Below are positions 39,301 to 52,930 of a DNA stretch of 64,000 nt, piece by piece. Every line of letters starts with the position of its first letter. Position 1 is the stretch's first letter. A program made the position numbers and the translations under genes. Under the pieces are notes generated by a model, which searched no databases, was not told the origin of the DNA, and worked only from the letters and a program-made list of their open reading frames with translations. The stretch is from Rhina ancylostomus (taxonomy: Eukaryota), in contig JARFYF010000051.1 of the NCBI GenBank assembly GCA_030265395.1, forward strand, positions 20,985,966 through 21,049,965, read 5' to 3'.

Positions 39301-42300
39301 TTCAATCTCCAGGTTAAAGACAACATCGGTAAAATGGCATAGATGTTTATCAGACCAATGTCGGCAGTGTAGAGAATCTGGGAGAGTACTGTCAGCTTCA
39401 CTGATAAGTGTGAGATTTGTGAGACGCAGAAAACTCCCCAACTCAAACAGTTTTGCTTCTGCACAGGATCACAAATGTGGCAATGTAAGAAGCACTTAGC
39501 AAACTCCTAATCTGCAGAATTTCATTATAATCACACTTATACAAATTATTCAATTAATTGTAATCAAGATTTGTAATTTCTACTATATTTTGCAACAACA
39601 ACAACTTGCACTTAACATTGAAAAATTTGTGCAAAGTATTTCACAGAGAGGGAATCAGACCACAACAGGTTGCAAGGTGGTAAAAGGAGGAGGCAATCAA
39701 ATAGTTGATCAAGTTGTCAAACAATAAAGGAGCGGGAAATGAAACAGCAGAGGGATGAAATTTTAGAAACCGGAACCATGACAGACAAAAGCATTTCTAT
39801 ATTTGCCATGCAGTACTGATAATGACCGAATTCAAGTATCCAAATATATACCAGCAGAGCAAGAACATAAAGAACAAAGTGTCAGAGTTTCCGAAGTGTT
39901 CTCTTGAGAACGTTCATGATCAGTATGTTATGTTCCAACAAAGAAGAAGCCATGGCTGGACTTGGTTCCAGGAAATGGAGCATTGTCAGTGGGGAACATC
40001 TCGGAATTGGCGATCAGGTGATCATAAATTTCTAATAGTCATGGAAAAAGATGCAGTGGCTCGGAGTTTTGTCCAAAGTCACTCTTAATTTCCCTGAGCT
40101 GCCAGAGACTTGGACCAAATCCAGAGAGCTCCCTGTCATGCCAGTCAGATGAGAAGATTAAACATAAATGCTTCCAGACAAATATGTACTTCATTAATTT
40201 GTGAGTTCATATCAGGAAAAAAATAACCATGAAAGCTGCTGAATTGTTACAAATCCCCACTTTTTCCATCAACGTCCTTCAGGGAAAGGAGCTTTTCACC
40301 TGTGTCTGGTCTGGTCAAAAGTGACTCCACATTGAACCCTGACCTCCCTCAGGTCAGCAGTAAGTGTTGACATGCCAGTGTTGCCTTAGAACATAAACAA
40401 ATCTGAATTCACAAGAACAAATCTTCCGACTCATTTGTCAGAGATTCGTACATTTCTCTGTGTTAATTCTCTCCCTGGCATGGTATTTGCTGACCTTGAA
40501 GCACTGCTTTCCTTGGGATAAGATTTCTTTTAGAACATCATCCACTGAGAGAGCTGAACATCTGGGAAGGGTCCTCCCTACCGGAAACCAGTGGTTAAGT
40601 GGCACAGATCAGCACAGCTCACAGAAAACCGGTACTGAAAGTACATTATTCCTCGTCAAAACTTGAACTGCAACAGCGTCTGCTGCTTTCATTACAGTGG
40701 GACCACTGCCCAGTACCGACGGAGACACAAGGCAATGCAGATGCTGGAATCTGGAGCAACAAACTATTCAATACCATTGTGTTTTACCACCATCACTTCA
40801 TTTACCTCTTTTACTCTCTGACTCAACTCAAGTTATGTAAACTTCACCCGAGCTTCCTAATAAATAATAAAATGGGAACTAAAATGAAATTAAAAAGAAT
40901 GCATCTTTTAGTCCTCTTCAGGGTCTGCTTCTTCCTGCTGAGGGCCACAACTGCTTCCCTGAGCACGTCTCTGGTCCAATTTGGATGGGTTTATTGGAAC
41001 ACAACCAATATATTTAAAGAATGACTCTGCTGCCTTTTGATGGTTATCTACTATCGCACCTCAGAAAAACAAGCCAAGGTTGTAGCCTGAGGAAGGCAGT
41101 GAGAAAAGTATGTCTATATTACATGGGCCAATTAAGCTGCCTGCCAATTTTTGCCAATTGGGTGGGATTAAAATTGGACCGATAATCTTTCCATGGTTGC
41201 TTATGAGAAAAGCCTTATGCATTTACATTCTGAAACGCACACTAACATTTACAAGGTGGAAAAACTCTGTAACAAATGATATTATGTGTTGAAAACCATA
41301 TAATTATGGTTTTAAAACAAATTACAACTTGACTCCCTCTCCACATGTGCCAGACAATATTGGGCTTTGATAAAGTTCAGCTCAGTGGTCCAAAGATTTG
41401 TCAATGTTATGAGCAAACTGTCAAGGGAAAGGATTGTTGAAAGTCTTTTTGGTCTTTCTTCACAGCTGGTAAGCAGGCCACTGCTCTGTTGCCTAGTCTT
41501 TGGATAAGGTTTGTTTTGTTACAGGAGTGTGAAACAGCCAACAGTTCTGCTCTCACAGATTACACAATGCACCCATGTTTCCCAAGACAAGGTTGGAGAG
41601 ATGGCATTATGAGAAGATGTGCAAAATGTTTTGGATTTCTTTCTAAGGAACGTCACAAGAATATGGAAAGGATAAGTACACTGTTGCACTTGTTGAAAGC
41701 CAGGCACATCCTGAAACTGTGACATGTAAATTTCCTTTATATGGTACAAAGCTTTTGGCACTAAATTTATGTTAGAAGCAACATGCCTCTTTTTTGTAAG
41801 CATAATAGAGTGAAACTCAATGCTGAATTTTTCTATTGACCAGCAGTGGGCAGTACTGGGGCACTCTCCTGAGGCATACATTGAATTTCTGCCATCTTCA
41901 GGAAGCGGCGAGACTGAGTGATACCATGCTGTCAAATTACACATGTAACTTCCAGTCAGCCCTGCTACTTTGGTTACAGCATCACAATGACAACTGGCTG
42001 ATTGGTTCTCATGCTCAGACTGCCACAGATTCCTGCTACGTAGTCAGATCCGTCTTGCAAAAAGTTTCTATGTTCCCAATGAATGCCGACAGGAAAATGA
42101 GTAAAGCCTTCTGGCGCAGAAAGAAATACTGTTATGTTTGCAAACAGTTTTTCCTGCCAGTTGTTACCTGCTGAAGTTGAACAGATTGTATGACAAAGCA
42201 TGGAACTTGGACATGAGACAAGAACATGAGCCTTTCCTCTCTGAGAGCCTCTAAACATTGGTAGGAAGCCTGGCAATGTTTCCAGCTTGATTTCATGTGG

Positions 42301-42782
42301 CCTCTATAGTTCCCAAACGTGATTGGTTTCTATTCAGAGTTCTTCCTGGAATCAAAAGCAACTGTTTCTGGGAGTAATCATGGATCAGAAGGTTCTTTAC
42401 ACTTTCACATGGGTTGCTGCCACATTAGCCAGTGACAATGGTAAATTAGTTGTCAAATTACAAGTAAAATGATAATGAGCCGACCAACTGCTGGACAGAA
42501 TATTCTCAAATAATAGATTTAATGTCAAAAGGTCAATGTTGAGCAATGGCCATTTGGATCCTTTCTACCCACTTCCCTGGTACTGTTGCTCTTCTTGTTC
42601 AGCACCTGCCTTCTCTCTGCACACCTCTAAAGTTGCTATTACTGTTTCTCTGCCTGACACACCAACTTGTTTCCGTTTTCTTAGTAAGAAATTCCATTTT
42701 CTATAAGAAAATATAATAACAATCACATCTTATTCTTTTGAGTAATGTCCACATTTTAATTCCAAGCTGTGAGGTAAGGTGA

Positions 42783-43245
42783 GGGCAGGCACACTAGTGT
42801 AGCGGTTAGTGCAACGCTATTACAGCACCAATGACCCGGGTTCAATTCCGGTCGCTGTCTGCAAGGAGTTTGTACGTTCTCCCCGTGTCTGCGTGGGTTT
42901 CCTCCGGGTGCTCCGGTTTCCTCCCACATNNNNNNNNNNNNNNNNNNNNNNNNNNNNNNNNNNNNNNNNNNNNNNNNNNNNNNNNNNNNNNNNNNNNNNN
43001 NNNNNNNNNNNNNNNNNNNNNNNNNNNNNAGGAGTTTGTACGTTCTCCCCGTGTCTGCGTGGGTTTCCTCCGGGTGCTCCGGTTTCCTCCCACATTCCAA
43101 AAGACGTACAGGGTAGGCATGCTATGTTGATGGTGGAAGTGAGTGACACTTGCAGGCTGCCCCCAGAATACTCTATGCAAAAGATGCATTTCACTGTGTG
43201 TTTCGATGTACATGTGACAAATAAAGATATCTTAACATCTTAACA
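42783..43245 (+). mobile_element. Young tRNA-derived V-SINE containing a 100-N gap
   Basis: Pol III A-box-like TAGTGTAGCGG and B-box GGTTCAATTCC (42839-42849); V domain GGAGTTTGTACGTTCTCCCCGTGTCTGCGTGGGTTTCCTCCGGGTGCTCCGGTTTCCTCCCACA; AATAAA and (ATCTTAAC)2 tail; many intact CpGs. Confidence 0.9.
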
Positions 43246-45449
43246 AGCCTCACTAGCTGTTCTTTGTATCAGTTTAAGCTTTAGCCAGGTGATCTCACCT
43301 CCGCTTTTCCATCCTTACTGCCTTCACCATTCCCGTTTCCATTTCCTTCAAACCCAAGTTAGCTGCTTTCCACCTTGGGCTCCAAGTCTCCACATCTCCT
43401 CCCTTACTTTTCGGCCTCCTTGTAACTTGGGCCTCACCTTAATTGTTCACGAACCCACTCAAGCTACCCCTTAGGGTTGCATTTTCTCAACCTCCTGCCA
43501 CCTGCACCCTTCTTCTTGCCAATTTTCTGTTGGCAACAAGTGTTAGCTGGATTGAGTTTGATCCAGCTTTCTCCTTGCACTCATACCCCATGCTATTCCC
43601 TCAGCTTTGTTTACTTATTGTCCCCATGATCCACTCAAATTCCAGGCCTTGCTGCCACAGCTGGACCATAACACAGGCCATTGCACAATCAGTGACTGGT
43701 TCTGTGGAAGGTAGATGCTGAGGCCCTGGCTCTGGACTATCCTGACAGCCATTAGATGACAGTGGCCTTAGATTAGCCATTAAATAGCTCTAATGATCAA
43801 AGGCATATAAAGCAGTTCAAAACAATGTAAGTAAGAAATATTAAAATGAAAGAGTAACTTTGCTTGAAAGAAAATTTAAATAATTTTAAATAAAATAGGT
43901 TAGAATTAAGAAAATTTAACAAAATATAAGGCCACCAGCATTTACTCTTTTCAATCTGATCAAATAATTTAATTGGAGACACATACACCAGAGCTGAGGG
44001 GCCAGATGCAAAGTGTCTCCAGCCATAGCACAGTGTTTGAACCATGGTGTCATATTGGCCTCATCAGGCATCCCAGAACCCATAGAACTGGAGAGGAAGC
44101 AAGTCATCCTAGACTCCAAGGGACTACATAAAAATAAGCAGCACCTGGTTTTCAGTGCGGTACTGAGTATGGCAGGGGATGGGAATCAGATACGCTGACA
44201 TTTCATCTCTAGTGCATTCCTGATTTCCACACCGTAGNNNNNNNNNNAGGAACACCTTGCTCCTATTTATTTCTATTAGCTTTGTACCAGAGTAAATTTG
44301 ATAGAGATTCAATTTAAGGAGATTTGGTAGCAAGTTACCAACCAACCTTGCATCCCGAAAGAATGTGACCATAGAACTTGAGCCTCAGATTTCAGGTAGG
44401 TTCACTCCAGAGTCAGTGCAACCTAAATGTTAACAGGACCTGAAATTTCATCAGGCACTGAACTGGGTTTAACTTCACAGAAGTGAACCAGATATAATTT
44501 ATTATGCTTACATTGAGCCTTAATACAATAATGTATATTGCTGCTCTCACAAGGTTCTAAACAGGAGACATAATCCAGTGCAAAGCCCATAAGTTATTAC
44601 TTCACTTGTCAGGCAGCTTACCCCAGTTTGTCAAATTTACCATGAGTTTTAAACTCAGAGATTAGGGAATTATGGTGGAAATCATATTAAAAAAGGTATC
44701 ATTTTTCCTGTAAGAACAAAATACAGTAGGCAAATTATACATAATTATCTGGCACAACGTTCAAGAATCAGAGCAGGTATAAATTAAGAGTTGAAGAGTT
44801 AATTGATAATGACTGCTGCAGTATCAATAAATCCACTTAATTAGTGGTGCGTTCACTTCCAGATCTTATACTGTAATAACAAACCAGGCAATCATAGTGA
44901 AGTAAAGGGTCAAACCAGGCATCCATGTGAATGCTAATATATAGTTTAACACTCTGTAATATGCACCAAGACCCAGTGTTGGATATTGACCCACTGTCGC
45001 CTTGCCCTAAGTAATGGACTTGAAAAGTTATTTCAAGTAATTTCCAAGTTGTTCCAACTTAATAAAGGGAATCCCAAGGTACCACACATGGCAATATAAT
45101 CAGGAGCCTCCTCAAAAGTGGATCTTTTGTGCCCAGAGTAAAGTGCATTAAAGTGGGTGTTGCTGGGAGACGGCCATTCAATTCCTCATTTTCTAAACCA
45201 GCACTGGGAATACAGAGAAAACTGCTTCACAACAATGGAATTTTCCTCTCTGTACTGCACAGTGTCATTGATTTTGGACAGGCAGGAATTTAAAAACTGC
45301 AATTCATAACAAATATTTTTATAACCTATGGTAAAAGGATAATTTTAATAATCTTCCCAACATCAGCATTTTACTGCAGTTTTGTCCATTCACTTAACCC
45401 ATTAATATCTCTCCCACTAAATGCTATTATTTTATCCTTATACTTGGAT

Positions 45450-46375
45450 ACATCAGAATCAATTTTATTGTCAATTCCATATACACATTCAGCATGCATG
45501 GGAGCGAAATACCGTACTCCACAGATCAGGGTAGAAGACACATTAAGAAAATAAGACAAAAAAACAACAGCATTAAAAAGAAACTCGAATAAAAGCAGCT
45601 TAAAATGAACACACTGATGCAGCAGGAGTCCAAGCAGTCATTGGATACTTAAAGTGCTGGTGCATTTTTGACACATAATATCCTTCGGTGTTGAAGGGAG
45701 GGATGGAGGGATGGGGAGCAGCATTTTGGGGGAGGTCATGGTTCTAATGGCTTGTGGGAGAAGCTATTGCAGAGTCTGGTGGATCTTGCACGGATGCTCT
45801 GGAGCCTCCTTTCAGATGGCAAGGGAGAAAAGACGTGGTGGGAGGGGTGGGAAGGGTCAGACATTACGTTTGTGGCCTTTCTGACACACCGGTCCATATA
45901 TTTGTCCACAATGGAGGGTAGAGAGACACCTATAATCTTCTCTGCTGCTCTCACTATTTCCTGCAGGGACTTCCGCTCAGCAGCTGTACAGTTCCCATAC
46001 CAGATGGTGATGCAGTGTGTCAGGATACTCTCGATGGTTCCTTTATAGAACGTTTTCATGATAGATGGAGGGGAGTTTACTTTTCTCAGTCTCCACAGGA
46101 AGTAGAAACATTGCTGGGCTTTCTTGGTGAGGGCTGTGGTGTTGATGGACCAGTTCAGGTCATCAGTGATGTGTACCCCCAGGAACCTGGTGCTGCTGAC
46201 TTGTTCCACTGCAGTCCCATTGATGGTCAGAGGGGCATGCACACGCCGACTTTTCCTGAAGTCTATTACCATCTCCTTAGTCTTCTCCACATTCAAGGAG
46301 AGGTTGTTGTTACTACACCACATGACCAGTTGCTTCATCATTGTTCGTGACGAGACCCACCACTGTCGTGTCAAC
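45450..46375 (-). mobile_element. Rex1/Babar-type LINE 3' portion (RT C-terminus and DUF1891-like region)
   Basis: ORF 45736..46389: WCSNNNLSLNVEKTKEMVIDFRK, FLGVHITDDLNWS, KKAQQ..YFL.RL, IESILT.CITIWYG; DTTVVGL in an adjacent frame; 3' end AATAAAATTGATTCTGATG. Confidence 0.88.
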
Positions 46376-48049
46376 AGTGAATTTAACAATATAATTGAAG
46401 CTGGTTTCCTGCCTATAAGAATTTAAATGTGACATTTCCAAATAGGGTGAATAATTGCAGCCCAACACAGATTCTTTCAGTTATATCCTGCCAAGTGGAG
46501 AGTCTGCCTGTTATTCCAGTTCTCTATTGCTTGCTCCTCAGTCAGTCCCCTAGTTAGTAGTGGGATCTTGACAAACTGTGCCAGGAAGTCCTCAATACCT
46601 GGTAGAAATCCTCTTCACAACTCCAGCAACAATGACATGAAATGGGGAATACACTTTAATCAGTGAGTAGCACTTTTGGCACCACTTGAAGTTGACACCA
46701 CAACGGGACTACTCCTAACAGCTGACCACAATAAGTGGAAACACTACCTGCCAAATCCCAGCAGTTTCTTTAATGAGCACAACCAATCATTTATCAAGCT
46801 TCTGTTTAGCCAGTCCTGGCAGAGGCTTCATTTTCTTTATCTGGTTGACACCTTTTGCTGAACCACATTTNNNNNNNNNNCTTAAGACTCCAGCTTGGCT
46901 ATATCACTTTACTTCATTAGATGTGTCGAAAATTACCCTCACCGATTTCTCTTGATGACAACATCTAGTCTGTTCCAATAGGCTCTGGACAAGATACCAA
47001 TTAAGATGTTAATAGAATGGACTACCTGGCGATTAAAAACAATGGTTATCTTTTGCACGGGAAAATAGAATATGATGATTTAATTGCACTCTGGAACTGA
47101 GTCTTGTTATGAATATTTTGGCATGGGAATGTTATTTGTTGAATGAATGTTATCTGGAACTGGCTACATTATCATCATACTTAAGATGAGTGTTATCAGT
47201 AATATATGTTTCTGTGGTCAAAGTGATCAGAACTTCATATCAAGGCACGGCCACTTGATCAATTCTTTTCATAAATTTCCTGTTCACAGAAATCACTGTG
47301 CAGTAATCATTTTCCATGAAATAGATCAGGTACCACTCTCAGAGAAAGAAGTTCTAACCTGGTAACAACTGTTCAGACTTCTTCATAGATCTGCTTGCTA
47401 AGAGCTCCTTCTCTAAAGCTTGGCATGATGCAATGTGCAACTGTATTCATTTGTAATCAGGGTGGGAGATCTTCTGCCAGACGGTGTAAAGACCATGTAA
47501 GTAGAACGTGTGTTCAGCTGGAAAGATTTATTCTGAGTCTGTTTTAACTAAAACATAGTAGGGCTGCAGAGGAAATGTGCAGCAGGCATGGAATATATGT
47601 TTGGTGTTCATGATTGTTTTTAAAAAGAGCTTTCTCTTTTGAGTTGCACAGTAGAGTGTAAGCTAGACCTGCTCACAGCAGGCATGGAAAGGGTGAGTGG
47701 ATGGTGTCTGGATTAGAGTCCATCACCGGGGTGAATAAATTAATATCTTATGAACCAAATAGAACACGCAGTCATGGTTTCTTTGAAGGAGTCTAACAAG
47801 GTTTGGGAGTGAATTGTGGGGGAGAGCTGGGTCTCTTGCTATTAGAACTGTACATGTGCACACATGTCAGCTGGCATTTGGATTCCACACATTCAGTTCC
47901 ATTGACTTCACTGGATCTGAATGTGGAGCATGTGTACAACCAGGAGCTAATACCCATACCTGTGCTGAATGTGAGTGAACAAAGAGTGGCTAATTAGGCT
48001 AACTGGCGTATCGAGAGGGCTGAGTTTGATTAAAAGGAAGACAGACAGG

Positions 48050-48575
48050 TTTGCACTGTATTGTGCCTTCCAGAACGTCAGAACATTCCAGTGTTTTGGA
48101 GCTGGCGAGGTTCAGTTACTGTGATAACGTAGGGAATACAGCTGCCAATTTACACACAGCAAGCTCCCTCGACCAGCAACGCGAATTATGTGGCATTGCT
48201 TATGAGCTCTGTGTATTCCAAAGTACTGTACTATGTACTTTGAAGTGTGTAAGGTAATAAATATGATAACCAATTTTGTAAGTAGTAAATATGGTAACAA
48301 CAAAGACCCACAAACCCAAATGTGATAATGACTGTGTAATCTGTTTTTGTCACACTGACGTTGGCCTAGGCAACAGGAATCATTCTTCAATGATTCCTCA
48401 AATGTGTGCCATCAGATAATTTATATCCACCTGAGAGGATAGATGGGGGTTTGTTTATCATCTCATCTGACAAATGGCACATTTAATTGCTCAGTACTTT
48501 TTCAGTACTAAACAATAATGTCAGCATGTGCTTATGACCTTGCATTCAGATGTATCCATAACCTTCTGACGTAAC
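48050..48575 (-). mobile_element. Degenerate Deu-type (SacSINE1-like) SINE sequence, possibly two overlapping copies
   Basis: gcagctgccaatttacacacagcaagctccc-like segment, tgtgataatgac..taatctgttttt and tatatccacctgagag match the Deu-domain SINE as recalled. Confidence 0.55.
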
Positions 48576-50689
48576 GGGTAAGTCCATTACCTGTTAAGGC
48601 ACAGCTGATATTCAGCTGTCAGAAGAACAAAGATATATGGCTTCTGAATGGGGCTAGTAAGCTCTGGTTTGTTTACTCAGAGGTAGTTGTACTGCTTGAA
48701 GAAAAGGAATGAACTAATGGGAAAATCAGGATACTACCCTAATGGAGGAACAAATTTAATTGAAGACAAAAATTTTAAAAAATGGTTCCAAGCAGTCATC
48801 TAGTTAGCTACTCAGTGTGTTGCAATTCTAGTTAGCAAGGAACCTAGTCAAGTTAGATTTCCTCCAGATGATTTTTTGGGTGTGAATTAGTAACAATAGA
48901 AAAATCATAAATGTTTATATTTAATGCTTAGTGAACAAATATTTATTATAGNNNNNNNNNNNNNNNNNNNNNNNNNNNNNNNNNNNNNNNNNNNNNNNNN
49001 NNNNNNNNNNNNNNNNNNNNNNNNNNNNNNNNNNNNNNNNNNNNNNNNNNNACAAATATTTATTATAGTTACATTTCAGCTGAGTTAAAGGAAAATATTT
49101 TGTTCTTGTACTATCACTCACAGAAAAATTTCAATCCATTTCAGGATCTTCTGCTAAGATATGTTAACAATTTAATTTCCATGGAATGATCATGTCAATG
49201 CTCCATTTTCAGTAGTTTGATAGAAGGAGAAACATTGACCAGAAGAATTTGTTGTTCTTCTTCAAGTTCTGCTTTAGCATCTTTAAAACCTACCTAATCC
49301 AGCTTTGGATCTCACTCAACATCAGCATAATTCAGAATGCAGCAATCCTTCACATGTATTGTTCCCTTACATATTGTACTTAATTTCTGCATCTTGCTTG
49401 GACACAGACTCAGCTGTAAGATTCAGTCAATAGTCATAACTATATGTAATCCTGAGCTACTTCATACAAGTTAGTATTAATCATATCAACAAACTAACTG
49501 TGCTTGTTGCCAGAAAAAAAACAGCAGGTGCATTTTACACTGGAAGCATTAACATCCTGCATTCCAGTACTGGGCTACTTTGAAGCAGGTGGGGAAGGGC
49601 CAGGTCACCTCAGCATACAGGAAAAGATGTCAAAGAGGAGAAAAGTTAAAAGTCTGGGTGAAATTCTTGGAAAGAACCATGCACAGATAGAGTCCAGAAT
49701 CTATTAAGAGAAATATTGCTGCTGGTCTGTTCTGTCTACCAATATTGAGGATGCAGAAGCTTAAATGACCTTTGAAAAGCATGAATGATTTTTTTTGTGT
49801 GTAGCTTTGTATGACTTAAGCTTATTCAAATAATCTACCATGTCTGAGTAGAAGAAAATTTCTCAGAGAATCTTTCATACTGGAAAACTTTCATTCATAC
49901 CTATGATGTGCTTTACCCTGAAAAACTGTTTAGTAAACCCAGCAATGCATCAGCTGTTTTACTGAATTTTACTACTCCAGATATTCTTACCAATTATGTC
50001 AAAGGAAGATGTGATGATGCATATTGTTTTGATGCAATCTGCAAAAATAATTAATGGATGCTTTTTTAAAAGATCATTGTAGTTGCTAATTTCCTGTAAT
50101 TTCCTTTGCATCACATGTGCCATTTATAGAACCTCCCAGCAGATGAGCGTGCTGCTGTGTTCTCCGAGAGAATGATTCCCTTGTGTAAAAGCTGCGCAGT
50201 CGGTGTATGTAACATTGTGCAGATTGTGGAGGAGGAAGTTCTGCAACAATATACTGACTTCTTAATCTTCGGACCTTTGTGAACCTTTGCTTCTGTGCTG
50301 GCAACCAAGATTCCTTTCTATTGACATGTTAGAAATGAGGCTAAATGGGTGAAAGCATTGGCACTAAAAAACATTTTGAAAGCTATCCATAATCAAGAGC
50401 TGAAAACCATTCTGATGATACACAACAGAGCCAATTATGTTTGCATAATTGTAATTTTGAGTGGAAGAACTACTAGAATGGGCTAAAATTGATGGAGGTT
50501 TATATTAAATTCAGTGACATATATGATTCTGGTACCCAATAATAATCAACTGGATATCTGTAAAACACACAATAAAACACTTGTACATCAGGGTGTGTGT
50601 TTGTTTCTCTGTAGTTCCTCTTGTATCTTATTGATATAGTTATTAAGCTGTTAATGCCAATCTTAAACTTGTATAGGGAGGGCTTCAGC

Positions 50690-51260
50690 ACAAAAGAACA
50701 TAAATATGTTTAAGAAATAGGAGCAAGTATAGGCCGTTTGGCTGTTTGAGCCTGCTCCACTGCACAAAAATATTATGGTTGGTCTTCTACCTTGTGCATT
50801 TAACCACTCTATTCTTATACTCTCCTATTCCTTTTGTATTCTGAAATCTATTCCTTTTTAACAGCACTCAATAACTGAGCACCCACAACCAGCCAGGAGA
50901 GAAAATTCCCAAGATACATGACTATTTGAGTGGAGAAATTTCTCCTCATCTTGGTGTTAAAAGGGCAAGCCCTTATTCTGAGACCATAATCCCTAATTCC
51001 AGACTCTTGTCAGGAGGTGACATCTTCGCTGCATTTTTATGCTTGATATGTTTCACTCAGATCACCTCTCACTTTTTTGAACTCTAGGGAATTTATACTG
51101 ATCAACTTCTCCTCAACAGCCAACTTCCCAAAACAGGGAATTGGTATAAGGAATTTTTGTTGCTCGACCTCTAAGATAAATTTTCATTCCTTATCTGGAG
51201 AGATCAAAGCTACATCCAGTTGTAGTTTCAACAATACCTTGTATAATTTGTGTAAGATCA
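50690..51260 (-). mobile_element. Old CR1 LINE 3' end
   Basis: aagaaataggagcaagtataggccg...gagcctgctccac is colinear with 3670-3720; ggagaaatttctcctcatct follows. Confidence 0.75.
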
Positions 51261-51879
51261 CCTGGAGCTAGTCGAGTGGAACCAATATCAACCACTGGTT
51301 GTACTCATCTTCACACTTCCATCTTTAGTAACATCAGTACACCTGGCAGCCAATTTTCTGAAAAGCATGTTATGCCAATGCCTAGAGATGAACACCTCAC
51401 CCCTTTAACATTATACGCCAATCCTTATGTAATAATGGCTAATGTAATTTCCTAATTGCTAGATCTGCACTCACTTTCCATGTCCATTGAAAGGATGTTG
51501 TAGTGTAAAAGGTCATGACTGTCATGTGACCATGACAACACTGACCCCTCTGGCTGGGATGACACCATTGAGCACATAGCCAAAAGCAACACCACNNNNN
51601 NNNNNNNNNNNNNNNNNNNNNNNNNNNNNNNNNNNNNNNNNNNNNNNNNNNNNNNNNNNNNNNNNNNNNNNNNNNNNNNNNNNNNNNNNNNNNNNTATAT
51701 AAATAAAAGAGAGAGAGGAGTTGTTCCTTTCCATTCTGTTCCTGCATCTGTCTTTGTAAATAAAATTCTCCTTTTTAAAAAGTTCAAAGACTGTGTGTCC
51801 AGATACCTTTAAGATCCCAAAAGAACCTTTCTCACAACAGATATACAATTATCTCTGCCCTTTCTTCTATGATTTAATA

Positions 51880-52930
51880 AAATATTCTGCTTTTTCCTAA
51901 CAAAGTAAATAACTTTACATTTCACCACATTATATTGATGTCCACCCAGTTAAATTGTCTGTTTCTGCTTACAATCTCAATCTTTTCCTCACAATTTCTC
52001 AGCTGGGTTTGTAACATAGCAAACATGTGGGTATACCCAGTCCCCACATTGAATATGGTTTCCTGAAACTCAAGCACTGACCTTTGTGACTCTCCAGTGG
52101 TCACAACCTGCCAAACCACAAATCTCTCCTTTATTCCTATTCTCCATTTACGACTCCAACCAATATGGGTCATCTGTCCCATGAGCCCTAATTTTATTTA
52201 ATCACCCTTTAAAAAGCACACTATGAAGTGCTTCTTAAAAATCTAAATACTACATCCAGTTCCTCCCTTAACTAAATACAGTTTCAAAAAATTCTAATAA
52301 ATGTGTGAAACACAATGTCCCTTTCATAAATTTATATTGACATTTCCCAATCACCTTATGATTTTCTACAAATCCTGTTATCCTAGTAATATATTCTACA
52401 GTCCCCGACTATTGACGTCAGGCTAATTAGCCAATTGTTCCTTGTTTTCTCTCTCCATCCTCCTTGATCAGTAATTTTAAAATTTGGACAAATGCATCTA
52501 CTATATCTGGAGCCACTTCTTAAAACTCAGGAAATGGACATTGAGGGATAGATCTATTTTTAGATTTAATCATTTGTCATCTCTATTTGTTTACTAGTAA
52601 TAATTTCCTTCAGCTGCTCATTCTCTTTTGACCTCTGGATTTTTATTACTTGTCAGATTTCTTTTTTCCACCATGAAGATTGTATTCAATATGTGTTATT
52701 TCATCATTTACTTTTATAATTCTTTGTAAAAATCCTTTTTACTATGTGTTTGTCTACTCCTTTCTACACACATATTTTATGTATGTTTTCATACCTCATG
52801 CTAGTTTATTCATAATCTTTCTAACACTTTATTAATTGGTCATCCTTTGCTGAATTCTAAAATGCTCCCAATGTTCAGACTTACTACATCTTCTGCCAAC
52901 GTTATATGCCACTTCATGTAATCTAACACT
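51880..52930 (-). mobile_element. Old, deleted CR1 RT fragment
   Basis: ORF 51922..52182 (WQVVTTGESQRSVL, a decayed VTSGVPQGSVL); ccccgactattgacgtcaggctaattagcc is similar to 5020-5055. Confidence 0.65.

Noticed and set aside
42795-42860. tRNA-like A and B boxes
   Set aside because: This is the SINE head, followed directly by the V domain; no full cloverleaf or oligo-T terminator.
45736-46389. 217-aa ORF as a possible host gene (ALKBH8-like DUF1891)
   Set aside because: It is a 5'-truncated LINE ORF2 end with a LINE 3' tail and no methyltransferase or AlkB domain.
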